The notes beneath the pieces were generated by a model. The model saw nothing but the letters and a program-made list of their open reading frames with translations. It did not search any database and was not told the DNA's origin. Of a stretch of 64,000 nucleotides of DNA, positions 17,219 through 24,888 are shown in pieces (positions within the stretch are counted from its first letter, which is position 1; each line of letters opens with the position of its first letter). A program made the translations under genes and the position numbers. The stretch covers positions 64,001 through 128,000 of the forward strand of contig CAVTUQ010000025.1 in NCBI GenBank assembly GCA_963737905.1. The letters run 5' to 3'. The DNA is from an uncultured delta proteobacterium (GTDB lineage: Bacteria; Desulfobacterota; Binatia; UBA9968).

Positions 17219-17703
17219 GAAACCCGAAATTTAAGGAAATCAAACCGAACTACCGAAAGAACGTACTGGAGATCACGCTGCGCGATGGAAAGAAGATAAA
17301 GAGCTACAGTTTACCCTTCGCGGTCTTCAGGGATGTGAAGGTTAGCAGTAGGAATCGATTTACGTCGATGACGATAGATCGCGAGCTGGGTGACCAAGCG
17401 GTGTCCTTTGTTCTCGAAGATGGATCCAAGGGGGATTTCCCGGCTGACTTCGTCTTGTACTATTGTGATCCCACCTACCATTGGTCGCCGTTGAATCAGC
17501 TAAAGAGTGCACTGAAGGACAAGATTTCAACTTCCAGACTATCTGTTCGTGTGATTGCGGACGCTCTTGATACGTCTCCGTCCCAGGTGGCGCGCTTGCT
17601 CCAAGAAAACAAAACCTCCAAACATATTGTCCAGCTCATTCGGCTGGCCGAACTGGCTGGCTATCAGATCGAGTTTTCCCTCAAGAAGAAGAGAGCAGCC
17701 TAG
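17215..17703 (+). CDS. Putative antitoxin with a C-terminal HTH
   Basis: ATGA-coupled to the DUF4160 gene; LSVRVIADALDTSPSQVARLL HTH. Confidence 0.7.
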   Translation: MRNPKFKEIKPNYRKNVLEITLRDGKKIKSYSLPFAVFRDVKVSSRNRFTSMTIDRELGDQAVSFVLEDGSKGDFPADFVLYYCDPTYHWSPLNQLKSALKDKISTSRLSVRVIADALDTSPSQVARLLQENKTSKHIVQLIRLAELAGYQIEFSLKKKRAA

Positions 17704-17769
17704 GATTGCGAGGTTCTGGGGTTTGCTCATTCTGACGGTTTCAACGGTATTTCGGGGGCGGAGGTTTCT

Positions 17770-17943
17770 ATGAAGATAAAATACTCGCGTGACGCGGACG
17801 TTTTGACTATCAAATTACGGGAAGGTAAACCCTCGGATTCGCGAGACATAGCCGAAGGAATCATTGTCCACCTGACGGCCAAAGGGCAGCCTCTAGAGAT
17901 CGAAATTCTCGATGCCTCCAAGGTAGTCTGCGTATTCCGATGA
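17770..17943 (+). pseudogene. DUF2283 antitoxin, 3' end cut by an IS21 end sequence; partner toxin absent
   Basis: My translation MKIKYSRDADVLTIKL...GQPLEIEILDASKVV runs into TGCGTATTCCGATGAAATCG at 17929. Confidence 0.75.
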
Positions 17944-17948
17944 AATCG
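17929..17948. mobile_element. Isolated IS21 terminal sequence
   Basis: 20 bp identical to 14257-14276, same orientation. Confidence 0.75.
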
Positions 17949-18019
17949 GCTCATTCACCTATTCAACACCCAGAACTTCATCCCTTGCGGCTAACGTTAG
18001 TTGTGTATATACATAATTG

Positions 18020-18118
18020 ATGTTCGATTGGGACCCTCCAAAGGCAAAGGCTAATCAGCTCAAGCACGGGGTCTCTTTTGAAGAAGCAGCTACGGCATTT
18101 CTTGATAAAAGTTTCTAG
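18020..18118 (+). pseudogene. brnT: BrnT toxin N-terminal fragment
   Basis: My translation MFDWDPPKAKANQLKHGVSFEEAATAF*; near-palindrome tgtgtatatacata upstream. Confidence 0.85.
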
Positions 18119-18127
18119 AAAATTTAG

Positions 18128-18262
18128 CTTGCAGGCTGCTCAAAAAGACTCAGAGGCAAGGCGCGCGAACATCGATGAGCGGAGGCGTACTTTTCCTGTA
18201 CGTTGACGCGAAATCGGTCGAGTGCAACGAGGCATATGAGTCTTTTTCAGCAGGCTGTTAAG
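18128..18262. mobile_element. About 135-bp MITE with ~25-bp imperfect terminal inverted repeats, in place of the brnT 3' half
   Basis: cttgcaggctgctcaaaaagactca ... tgagtctttttcagcaggctgttaag. Confidence 0.75.
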
Positions 18263-18273
18263 GAGACAAGACC

Positions 18274-18567
18274 ATGAAGCGGTCACGCGGATCATCAGCG
18301 CGAGGCGGGCGAGCCGGAAGGAAAGGAAAGGTTACGAGGAAAAAAAAGATTGACTTTTCGGACATTCCGGAGCTTTCCGAGAAGCAGCTTTCCCGAATGC
18401 GTCGGGTGGGAAGGCCGACGGTGGGTGAGGAACCAAGAAAACTCATCGCGATACGCTTAGATCCGAAAGTCTTGGGTTGGTTGCGCGAAACCGCTGAGAA
18501 AAAGGGATTGCCTTATCAGTCGCTCGTCAATCAGATCTTGGCAGAGGAAATGAAGAAGGCAAGCTAG
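18274..18567 (+). CDS. brnA: BrnA antitoxin
   Basis: IDFSDIPEL...GRP...IAIRLDPKVLGW...YQSLVNQIL. Confidence 0.9.
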   Translation: MKRSRGSSARGGRAGRKGKVTRKKKIDFSDIPELSEKQLSRMRRVGRPTVGEEPRKLIAIRLDPKVLGWLRETAEKKGLPYQSLVNQILAEEMKKAS

Positions 18568-18593
18568 ACCGGAATAGCAACGCTGCTCAGTCC

Positions 18594-18698
18594 AAGGCCG
18601 TCCTCGACGCGATTCGGCAGCTCATGGCGCCGCCGGAGCCGAACAAACGGAAAATCGGCTTTCTGGTTGAGGAAAAAGCAGCACGCTACGGAAGGTGA
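18594..18698 (+). pseudogene. C-terminal fragment of an ORF6N/KilA-N-type DNA-binding protein
   Basis: My translation KAVLDAIRQLMAPPEPNKRKIGFLVEEKAARYGR*. Confidence 0.6.
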
Positions 18699-18708
18699 TA
18701 GCGACCTG

Positions 18709-18746
18709 TCATTTTGACGTTTCGAGAATTATCAAAACGTGGAAGT
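18709..18746. repeat. Palindromic repeat P6
   Basis: tcattttgacgtttcgagaattatcaaaacgtggaagt. Confidence 0.9.
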
Positions 18747-18759
18747 CCCCCCGGTTATT

Positions 18760-18897
18760 GTTGTGAAGAAGGGTAAACCCTTTGCGGCAGTAGTCGCTGC
18801 GTTGGAAGAGACGAGCCCGAAAGTTTATATCATTACAGCCTACGAACCGAATCTGGAGCACTTCGAGAATAACTTTAGAACGAGGAGAAAGAGGTGA
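18760..18897 (+). pseudogene. DUF4258 toxin C-terminal remnant
   Basis: VYIITAYEPNLEHFENNFRTRRKR*, GTGA-coupled to the YgiT gene; N-terminus lost at P6. Confidence 0.7.
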
Positions 18898-19133
18898 ATA
18901 AGAAGAAGGCGTCAACCCTGTGCCCAATTTGTTCTGGTCGCAAAAAGCGGGGGACTACGACCTTCACCGCCGATTTGGATTTCGGTGTCGTTGTAGTGCG
19001 GAAGGTACCGGCAACAGTCTGTAGTCAATGCGGCGCGGACTGGATTGAGGATAGGATCGCCAGGCAGCTCGAAGATATTGTTAAGGACGCCCGGAAAAGG
19101 CGACTGGAAGTAGAAGTTACCTCTTTCAGTTGA
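18894..19133 (+). CDS. YgiT-type zinc-finger (MqsA-like) antitoxin
   Basis: CPIC...VPATVCSQCG. Confidence 0.88.
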   Translation: MNKKKASTLCPICSGRKKRGTTTFTADLDFGVVVVRKVPATVCSQCGADWIEDRIARQLEDIVKDARKRRLEVEVTSFS

Positions 19134-19308
19134 GTAGCTTCGGAGAGGCTCGGCAGTGAGACCCGGGCACGGCTCTTTGCCTTCTTTCACTTTCGGCTTT
19201 GACCATTCATCCTTGTTTAACCCGCCGGTGACCGGAGATGCGGGCTCGAAAATCGAGCCTAACAGGTGATATAGACGAGCCGCTCGCTATCGTGTAGAAT
19301 TTTCGCTG

Positions 19309-19539
19309 ATGAAAATACTCAAAGCTAAGTATGAAAACGGGCAAGTGAAATTGACGGAGCCGGCGCCAGAAGCCGGACCCGTCGATGTGGAGGTCGTGTT
19401 TCTTGACCGAGATGATCAGCGTTGGGACGAAATCATTCGAGACCCTGGGCTCAGGCCGGCTCTTTGCGCTGAGGCCGATCAGGTTCTTGAGGACTATCGG
19501 GTAGGTAAAACGGCGCCTCTGGACCCCGAAAAACTCTGA
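19309..19539 (+). CDS. Putative antitoxin (AF2212/DUF104-like N-terminus)
   Basis: AKYENGQVKL motif; acidic C-terminus; coupled to the toxin. Confidence 0.7.
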   Translation: MKILKAKYENGQVKLTEPAPEAGPVDVEVVFLDRDDQRWDEIIRDPGLRPALCAEADQVLEDYRVGKTAPLDPEKL

Positions 19540-19805
19540 ACAGCCGAACACATCCTCGCTTTTGGGACCGCTACCGTAAACTTCCTGCTCAGGTTCAGGA
19601 AGAAGCCAGAAAAGCCTATCGCCTTTTCAGTCAAAACCCCGCTCACCCGAGTTTGCGGTTTGAGCGGCTGGCCTACGATCCTCGTCTCTGGTCGGTCCGC
19701 GTAACAAGTTCATATCGTGCCGTAGGTGTACGCGAAGGAGAGGAGATCATCTGGTTCTGGATCGGATCTCACGACGAATTTGACCGAACGTTCCCTCGCC
19801 GATAG
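19536..19805 (+). CDS. RelE/ParE-superfamily toxin with a CTG start (missed by the ORF track)
   Basis: My translation LNSRTHPRFWDRYRKLP...NPAHPSLRF...WSVRV...YRAVG...WFWIGSHDEFD; CTGA overlap with the antitoxin stop. Confidence 0.88.
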   Translation: MNSRTHPRFWDRYRKLPAQVQEEARKAYRLFSQNPAHPSLRFERLAYDPRLWSVRVTSSYRAVGVREGEEIIWFWIGSHDEFDRTFPRR

Positions 19806-19952
19806 CTTCTTCTCTAAATTGCTGTATTCTGTCCCAAGGAAATCCGCTGACGCCGAGAAGCGGGCGATCGTCCACCATCTTCAGCGCAAATTCGCGGAGA
19901 CCTCGGATTGGTCAGCAACAGTGGGAGACCGCTTACCCGAAGCCGGTTGAGG

Positions 19953-19991
19953 TACATTTCGAGGTTTCGAGAATTATCAAAACGTGGAAGT
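19953..19991. repeat. Palindromic repeat P7
   Basis: catttcgaggtttcgagaattatcaaaacgtggaagt; downstream ttccgccaggaacg resembles the P3 flank. Confidence 0.88.
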
Positions 19992-20300
19992 TCCGCCAGG
20001 AACGGAGGACTAAGTCCCGCAGGATCTCCGAACACGATCACGAGCCACGAACATGGCCCTTTACCCCTTTTGTCAGAACCGGGCCATGCGGGCGCCGGGG
20101 TTACGGATAAGACCAAGCCGCACGATCCTTTTCTCGAGGATGGAGCCAAGCGGAAAATGCGCTCCTTCTGTTCACGCCCTCCACGGCGCTCTTTACGGAG
20201 AGCGATCTTTTTATCGCGATAATTCTTTTCAAGACTGTCCAATATTAGACAGCAATCCCTCCCGGGAGAGGCTATCAAGAGCCTTAAAAAGGAGAGAGTT

Positions 20301-20858
20301 ATGAATCCTCTAATATTGATCGCTGTACCCTTAGGGTTGGTGATCCTGGGCATGATATTGAACAGCCACGATCTCGGGTTCAATCAACCGCCAAGCTCGA
20401 CGGAGCAAGATCCGGTTAAGAGATTGACTGCGGAAAAGGAATCTTACCGCCAGTTTTTTGACCGGCAGCGCAAACGAGCGGTGACCAGGCAGAAACGGGT
20501 CGGGCAATATGGCTGGTTGCTGATGGCCGCCTTTATCGGCGCTTTCATCTGGCTATATATGGATACGGTGAATAAGACCAGCCTTTCGAGTCGAGTTGCC
20601 GCGCTTCAAACATTGGGAACGGAAGAAGGTAAACAGATGGTTCTCTCGGTGACGCTGAGCGACGGGAACAATGTCAAATACTTGATCAAATTACCCCAAG
20701 CCGACAAATTAAATGCTCCCGCAAAAGAAGACGTTAAGATAGAAAAGGTCTCATCCTGGGAGCTGGAAAGATTAGGCACGGCATTGAGTACCGGCGATAA
20801 TCCGTTACCTATGGGTGTCGCGCTGAAGATTTCCCAAGTAGCAAAGGAAGCCAGATAG
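20301..20858 (+). CDS. Hypothetical membrane protein (paralogue 2)
   Basis: Homologous to 11205-11765, including the RBS and upstream region. Confidence 0.8.
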   Translation: MNPLILIAVPLGLVILGMILNSHDLGFNQPPSSTEQDPVKRLTAEKESYRQFFDRQRKRAVTRQKRVGQYGWLLMAAFIGAFIWLYMDTVNKTSLSSRVAALQTLGTEEGKQMVLSVTLSDGNNVKYLIKLPQADKLNAPAKEDVKIEKVSSWELERLGTALSTGDNPLPMGVALKISQVAKEAR

Positions 20859-20946
20859 AGCCGGGGATTTCTAGAGATCGTCGTTGGCGCAGATGCGTCT
20901 CGCATAAATGGCTCTAAGTTTAATCTACAAAAGGAGGTAACTGAAA

Positions 20947-21510
20947 ATGGAAAACAATATCGAGACCAATCCCATGAACCATGACATCTTGGCGGGAAGG
21001 TGGAAGCAAATGCGCGGCGAGCTCAAAACGTGGTGGGGCAAACTCACCGATGACGACGTCGATAGAATCGGCGGTCAGAAGGACAAGCTGATCGGTCTGA
21101 TCCAAGAGCGATACGGGTATACTCGCGAGCAGGCCGAGCAAGAGATTGAGCGGCGCTTTCAAGAGTATGGCGACAAGACAGGCGGGGTCGTTGCCAGTAT
21201 GTCGGCCAAGGCCCGAGAGCTCGGCTCGACTGCAGCGAGAAAGGCGAACGAAGGGGCACCCGTTATCGGTGAGAAGATGAAATCGCTGGCGAGCGTGATC
21301 CGTGAAAAGGCGCCGCGCGAAGGCAAGATAGGCACAACTGCAACCAAAGTAGCGGGCGGGTTAGAATCGGCGAGTTATTATCTGCAAGAGAAGAAATTCG
21401 AGCATCTGGGAGAAGACTTGAGTGGCCTGGTTCGTCGCTACCCGCTGCAGGCGCTGTTGGTCGGTCTTGGTTTAGGCTTTTTGCTCGCCGGACGTAAGAA
21501 AAAGGAATGA
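20947..21510 (+). CDS. CsbD-family stress protein with a C-terminal membrane anchor
   Basis: GRWKQMRGELKTWWGKLTDDD...LIGLIQERYG; RRYPLQALLVGLGLGFLL; AGGAGG RBS. Confidence 0.88.
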   Translation: MENNIETNPMNHDILAGRWKQMRGELKTWWGKLTDDDVDRIGGQKDKLIGLIQERYGYTREQAEQEIERRFQEYGDKTGGVVASMSAKARELGSTAARKANEGAPVIGEKMKSLASVIREKAPREGKIGTTATKVAGGLESASYYLQEKKFEHLGEDLSGLVRRYPLQALLVGLGLGFLLAGRKKKE

Positions 21511-21728
21511 ATGATCAGAAAAGCTATAAGAGAAGCATGAGCACCTCTAGCAAGGGTGCTGAAAAAGAAATCCAAGATCAGACTTGAGTTCCCGAATTGG
21601 CACCTCAAGCTGGTGATTCTCGGGTTCTTGTCAGAGGGAGGTGATTTTTTATGGCGCATGATCACAAATATATTATCGCGGACGATCAGGAGACCAGTGA
21701 AATCAGCTCACTAAAGGGGGCGGGTCCT

Positions 21729-21751
21729 GGGGTCAAATCTTTATTCTTGAC
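21729..21751. repeat. GGGGTCA-type motif upstream of the RAYT; inverted TGACCCC at 23564-23570
   Basis: ggggtcaaatctttattcttgac. Confidence 0.5.
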
Positions 21752-21782
21752 ATTCATGCCTCGCTTCGCATAAAAAATCGAC

Positions 21783-22246
21783 ATGGCGCGACCACTGAGA
21801 ATAAACTACCCCGGAGCTTTTTATCACGTGACCTGCCGCGGCAATGAACGGAAGACCATTTTCGCTGATGACCGGGATCGGTCGATCTTTCTCGACAAGG
21901 TCAAAACATCCAATGAGATTTATCAGGTTCGGATCCATGCCTACGTGTTGATGAGCAATCACTTTCATTTGATTGTTGAGACGCCGAAAGGGAACCTTTC
22001 CGAGTTCATGCGGCATTTCAATATCACTTACACTGCAGCCTATAATCGCCGCCACAACCGGATTGGCCACCTCTACCAGGGAAGATTCAAAGCGATCTTG
22101 ATCGATGCTGACAATTACCTGCTGGAACTCAGCCGATATGTGCACTTAAATCCAGTACGATTGGCCTCGTATAAGGGGCGGATGAGCGTGAAAAGATCAA
22201 GGATCTAAAGTGCTATCGGTGGAGCAGTCTTGGAGGATATCTCAGC
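21783..22246 (+). pseudogene. REP-associated (RAYT-like) Y1 HUH transposase; catalytic domain complete, frameshift near 22180, C-terminus truncated by the argA-like gene
   Basis: MARPLR, YHVTCRGN, LMSNHFHL (HUH), GHLYQGRF, RYVHLNPV; YRWSS continues in a shifted frame. Confidence 0.85.
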
Positions 22247-23416
22247 TCGCTCCCGCCTATACACGATAACCTGATGTTTGCGCTCTGGATCGTATCCCTG
22301 CCATTTCGCCGCAGCCACGTCCTCTGGAGCAACTCGGCGAAATCCGTGTCGCTCAAACAATCGCTGAGCTCCTTCCTGAGTCGTACTAGCAAACAAATAC
22401 GAAAAGCCGCGCTGTTCTCCTTCCGCGATCATCGCTGCTACCAAGCGGCCGCCAATTCCCTCTCCCTGGAATCGCGTGATGGTGTACAGCCCAACAATTT
22501 CACCGGCATTTTCCTCGGGATAGGGAAGCAAGGCGCAGAAGCCAGCGAAATCTCCGGAGACAGTCCCGAGTCGCGCACCATATCCATGCAACAGTAGCTG
22601 ACCAATCTCTTCGGGCGCACGTGCCTTGAGATATCTTTCTCGCTCGCCACGTTCGAGTAGCTTCTCGACCTCATGGAAATCGTCAATGCCTAAACGTTCG
22701 ACTCTGCAGTAGTCAGTCAGGGTGAATAAGGTTCCAGACCCCTCATAAGTGAACAACTCTCGCGCGAGACCAGCGATGGGGCACAGCGAAACTGAAGAGA
22801 CACCTCCTTCCAACACGGCTCGAACCGTCTCCAGCAAGGCACGACGGTCGCCCAGGCCGGCCCACTCGGCTTCTCCCTGTCGCAGAAGTTCTCCCAGAAC
22901 AGGACCATTCATGAAAGACAGACGACTGCCGCCCATGCTGACGCCACCCGTGGGATCGAGGAGAATCAATTTGTGCACTTTGAGGCGAACCGCGAGCTGT
23001 TGAACACAGGAAATAAATGACGGGGGCACCTGCGAAGACCAGAGGCCAACAAAGAGCGGATAGGTACGCAGAACGGACCAAATCTCGGCGAGACGCAAAT
23101 TTTCACTCGTTTTCTGCGAGAGATCGATGGGAGAAACACAATGAGCGGCGGTTTTCAGAGCGAGTTGCTTGGACAAGCGATCGACCACCATCTCCACCCC
23201 GTGCCGATCGCGCGGGTTGTCGCCTACTTCGATCAGCAGCAAGACACGAGTTTCGTTTGTCAATAGTGCGCTGCATACCTCTACGAGTTCCTGGGCATCG
23301 TTTTCTGTCGCCGCATCGGCAGCGTGCAGGGCAAAAAAGAAACTTGTGTCATGAAACTCATCGAGGAAGAAATCCTTCTCGGCAAGCGGCAATATCGAGG
23401 TGTTCACTTGTTCCAC
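22205..23416 (-). CDS. argA: N-acetylglutamate synthase-like protein (degenerate AAK domain plus GNAT)
   Basis: ELFTYEGSGTL linker, GFCALLPY, FQGEGIGGRL GNAT motif A. Confidence 0.7.
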   Translation of the reverse strand: MEQVNTSILPLAEKDFFLDEFHDTSFFFALHAADAATENDAQELVEVCSALLTNETRVLLLIEVGDNPRDRHGVEMVVDRLSKQLALKTAAHCVSPIDLSQKTSENLRLAEIWSVLRTYPLFVGLWSSQVPPSFISCVQQLAVRLKVHKLILLDPTGGVSMGGSRLSFMNGPVLGELLRQGEAEWAGLGDRRALLETVRAVLEGGVSSVSLCPIAGLARELFTYEGSGTLFTLTDYCRVERLGIDDFHEVEKLLERGERERYLKARAPEEIGQLLLHGYGARLGTVSGDFAGFCALLPYPEENAGEIVGLYTITRFQGEGIGGRLVAAMIAEGEQRGFSYLFASTTQEGAQRLFERHGFRRVAPEDVAAAKWQGYDPERKHQVIVYRRERAEISSKTAPPIAL

Positions 23417-23675
23417 TCGAATGTTCCTGCAATAGGAATCAGCATCTTATCTGCCCCCCACAACCACGTCACTTCCGGTTTCATTACGAACGACCGTCAT
23501 GGGCAGATTATATCCGCAATGTTGCGTCTAATTGATAGTATATCGAGATTCGCTGAGTATCTATGACCCCTTTTTTTCTGGCTCGCGCAAAAGAAAGTTC
23601 ACTTCTATTCATTGTCTAGTCGGATTCCGGTCTGAGTTGCGAAAGCGGTCTTAGCTTGGTACGGGTTATTGCGAA

Positions 23676-23930
23676 ATGAAACCCATAAGACTCTCGGTGC
23701 ATGCGTTGAGTTATATCGTCAAGCGAGGATTTACAGTTGCCGAGGTGGAAGACACGATAGGGACTGGCCGGTGGGAACCGGCGGAACTCGGCCGGATGGA
23801 TTGCCGCAAGACATTTCTGTTTAACCGAAAATGGAACGAGAGACTCTATGCAAATAAGGAAGGGCGGCCAATTTTCGTTGAAGAAGCGGATGAAATCGTG
23901 GTTGTGACGGTTTATACTTATTACTCATGA
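23676..23930 (+). CDS. DUF4258-like toxin
   Basis: RLSVHA...RGFTVAEVE...IVVVTVYTYY; paired with DUF2283. Confidence 0.75.
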   Translation: MKPIRLSVHALSYIVKRGFTVAEVEDTIGTGRWEPAELGRMDCRKTFLFNRKWNERLYANKEGRPIFVEEADEIVVVTVYTYYS

Positions 23931-23945
23931 CGGGGGAAACATTAT

Positions 23946-24164
23946 ATGAAGATTAGTTACGATTCAGAAGTCGACGCGCTGAGCATCACGTTCCGCGAAA
24001 CAACCGTGACCACCAAGCATTTGGGAGAAGGGATAGCGGCTGACTACGACGCAGACGGAAAGTTGGCCGGCATAGAAATCCTGGATGCTATCAAGCGCTT
24101 CGGCGGGAAAGAAACGTTACGTCAGGTCGTTATTGAGGGCCTCGGTCCCACGCAAACCACTTAA
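23946..24164 (+). CDS. DUF2283 antitoxin
   Basis: MKISYDSEVDALSI...DADGKLAGIEILDA. Confidence 0.9.
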   Translation: MKISYDSEVDALSITFRETTVTTKHLGEGIAADYDADGKLAGIEILDAIKRFGGKETLRQVVIEGLGPTQTT

Positions 24165-24199
24165 ACTTGTCCGCCAAAATGTTTCGCTTGTTGAACGAA

Positions 24200-24495
24200 G
24201 CCCGGTACCGGGTCGCCCAGCGCAACGCATTGATTAAACGATAGAAGACTGTATCAATAGCGCGGTCTATCTAAACAGCAGCCAGTTCCAGTCGTTCCAA
24301 TCGTTCAATCGCTTCGCTCCATTCATCACGGGGATCAGTCCGTTCCCGGTTTTCCAATCGTTCAATCGCTGCGATTACCAAAACGAAGCCACTTCGTTCA
24401 AATCGTTCAAGCCGTTCAACCGCTTCGCTCCGTTCAAACCGTTTTAAGCCTAATGCAGGTTCCAAGCGTTCCAAAGTTCCAGTTGTTCCAATCGC
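24200..24495 (+). repeat. Composite repeat Q1: CCCGGTACCGGG palindrome, promoter-like block and a GTTCAA/GTTCCA tandem array
   Basis: Homologous to 27945-28200 and 31151-31251. Confidence 0.8.
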
Positions 24496-24651
24496 TCATA
24501 ACTGGTAATAAAACCATTCCAGTTCTATACACAAAAATAGCAAGTCAAAGACTTTGGCTATGAGGATAGCAAGTTGGGGCGCTACAATTTCCTGAGCCCG
24601 GCCGTTCTTATAGCAGATTGCGTTCTACCGGGGTTCTTATAAATTAGGTGC

Positions 24652-24876
24652 ATGCCTATCGATCGTATCACGATCAAACCGGATGTGTGCGGTGGTGAGC
24701 CGACAATTCGCGGCATGCGAATTACGGTGAGCCATGTGCTTGAAATGCTTGCCGGCGGAATGACACCGGAGCAAGTCCTGCAAGACTTCCCGTATCTTGA
24801 AAAAGCCGACATTGATGCGTGCCTTGAATATGCGGCACGTCACGTGGCCCATCGCGAAATCCCGCTGACCCAGTGA
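24652..24876 (+). CDS. DUF433 antitoxin (followed by only a 7-codon DUF5615 stub)
   Basis: RITIKPDVCGGEPTIRGMRITV...QDFPYLEKADIDACLEYAA. Confidence 0.92.
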   Translation: MPIDRITIKPDVCGGEPTIRGMRITVSHVLEMLAGGMTPEQVLQDFPYLEKADIDACLEYAARHVAHREIPLTQ

Positions 24877-24888
24877 AGTTTCTTGTCG

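Noticed and set aside
19726-19950. 74-aa ORF from the track
   Set aside because: Overlaps the better-supported RelE/ParE toxin in another frame
11808-19991. P palindromes as a CRISPR array
   Set aside because: Spacing is irregular (tens of bp to several kb) and contains genes, the repeats are degenerate, and there are no cas genes
11808-19991. P palindromes as integron attC sites
   Set aside because: No RYYYAAC/GTTRRRY boxes, shorter than attC, no tyrosine integrase in the window, and module orientations are mixed
21783-22208. IS200/IS605 element with tnpB
   Set aside because: The motifs are RAYT-like and no tnpB is adjacent
24271-24474. 67-aa ERLERLE-repeat ORF (similarly 16068-16250 and 28143-28418)
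   Set aside because: Translation of the non-coding tandem repeat
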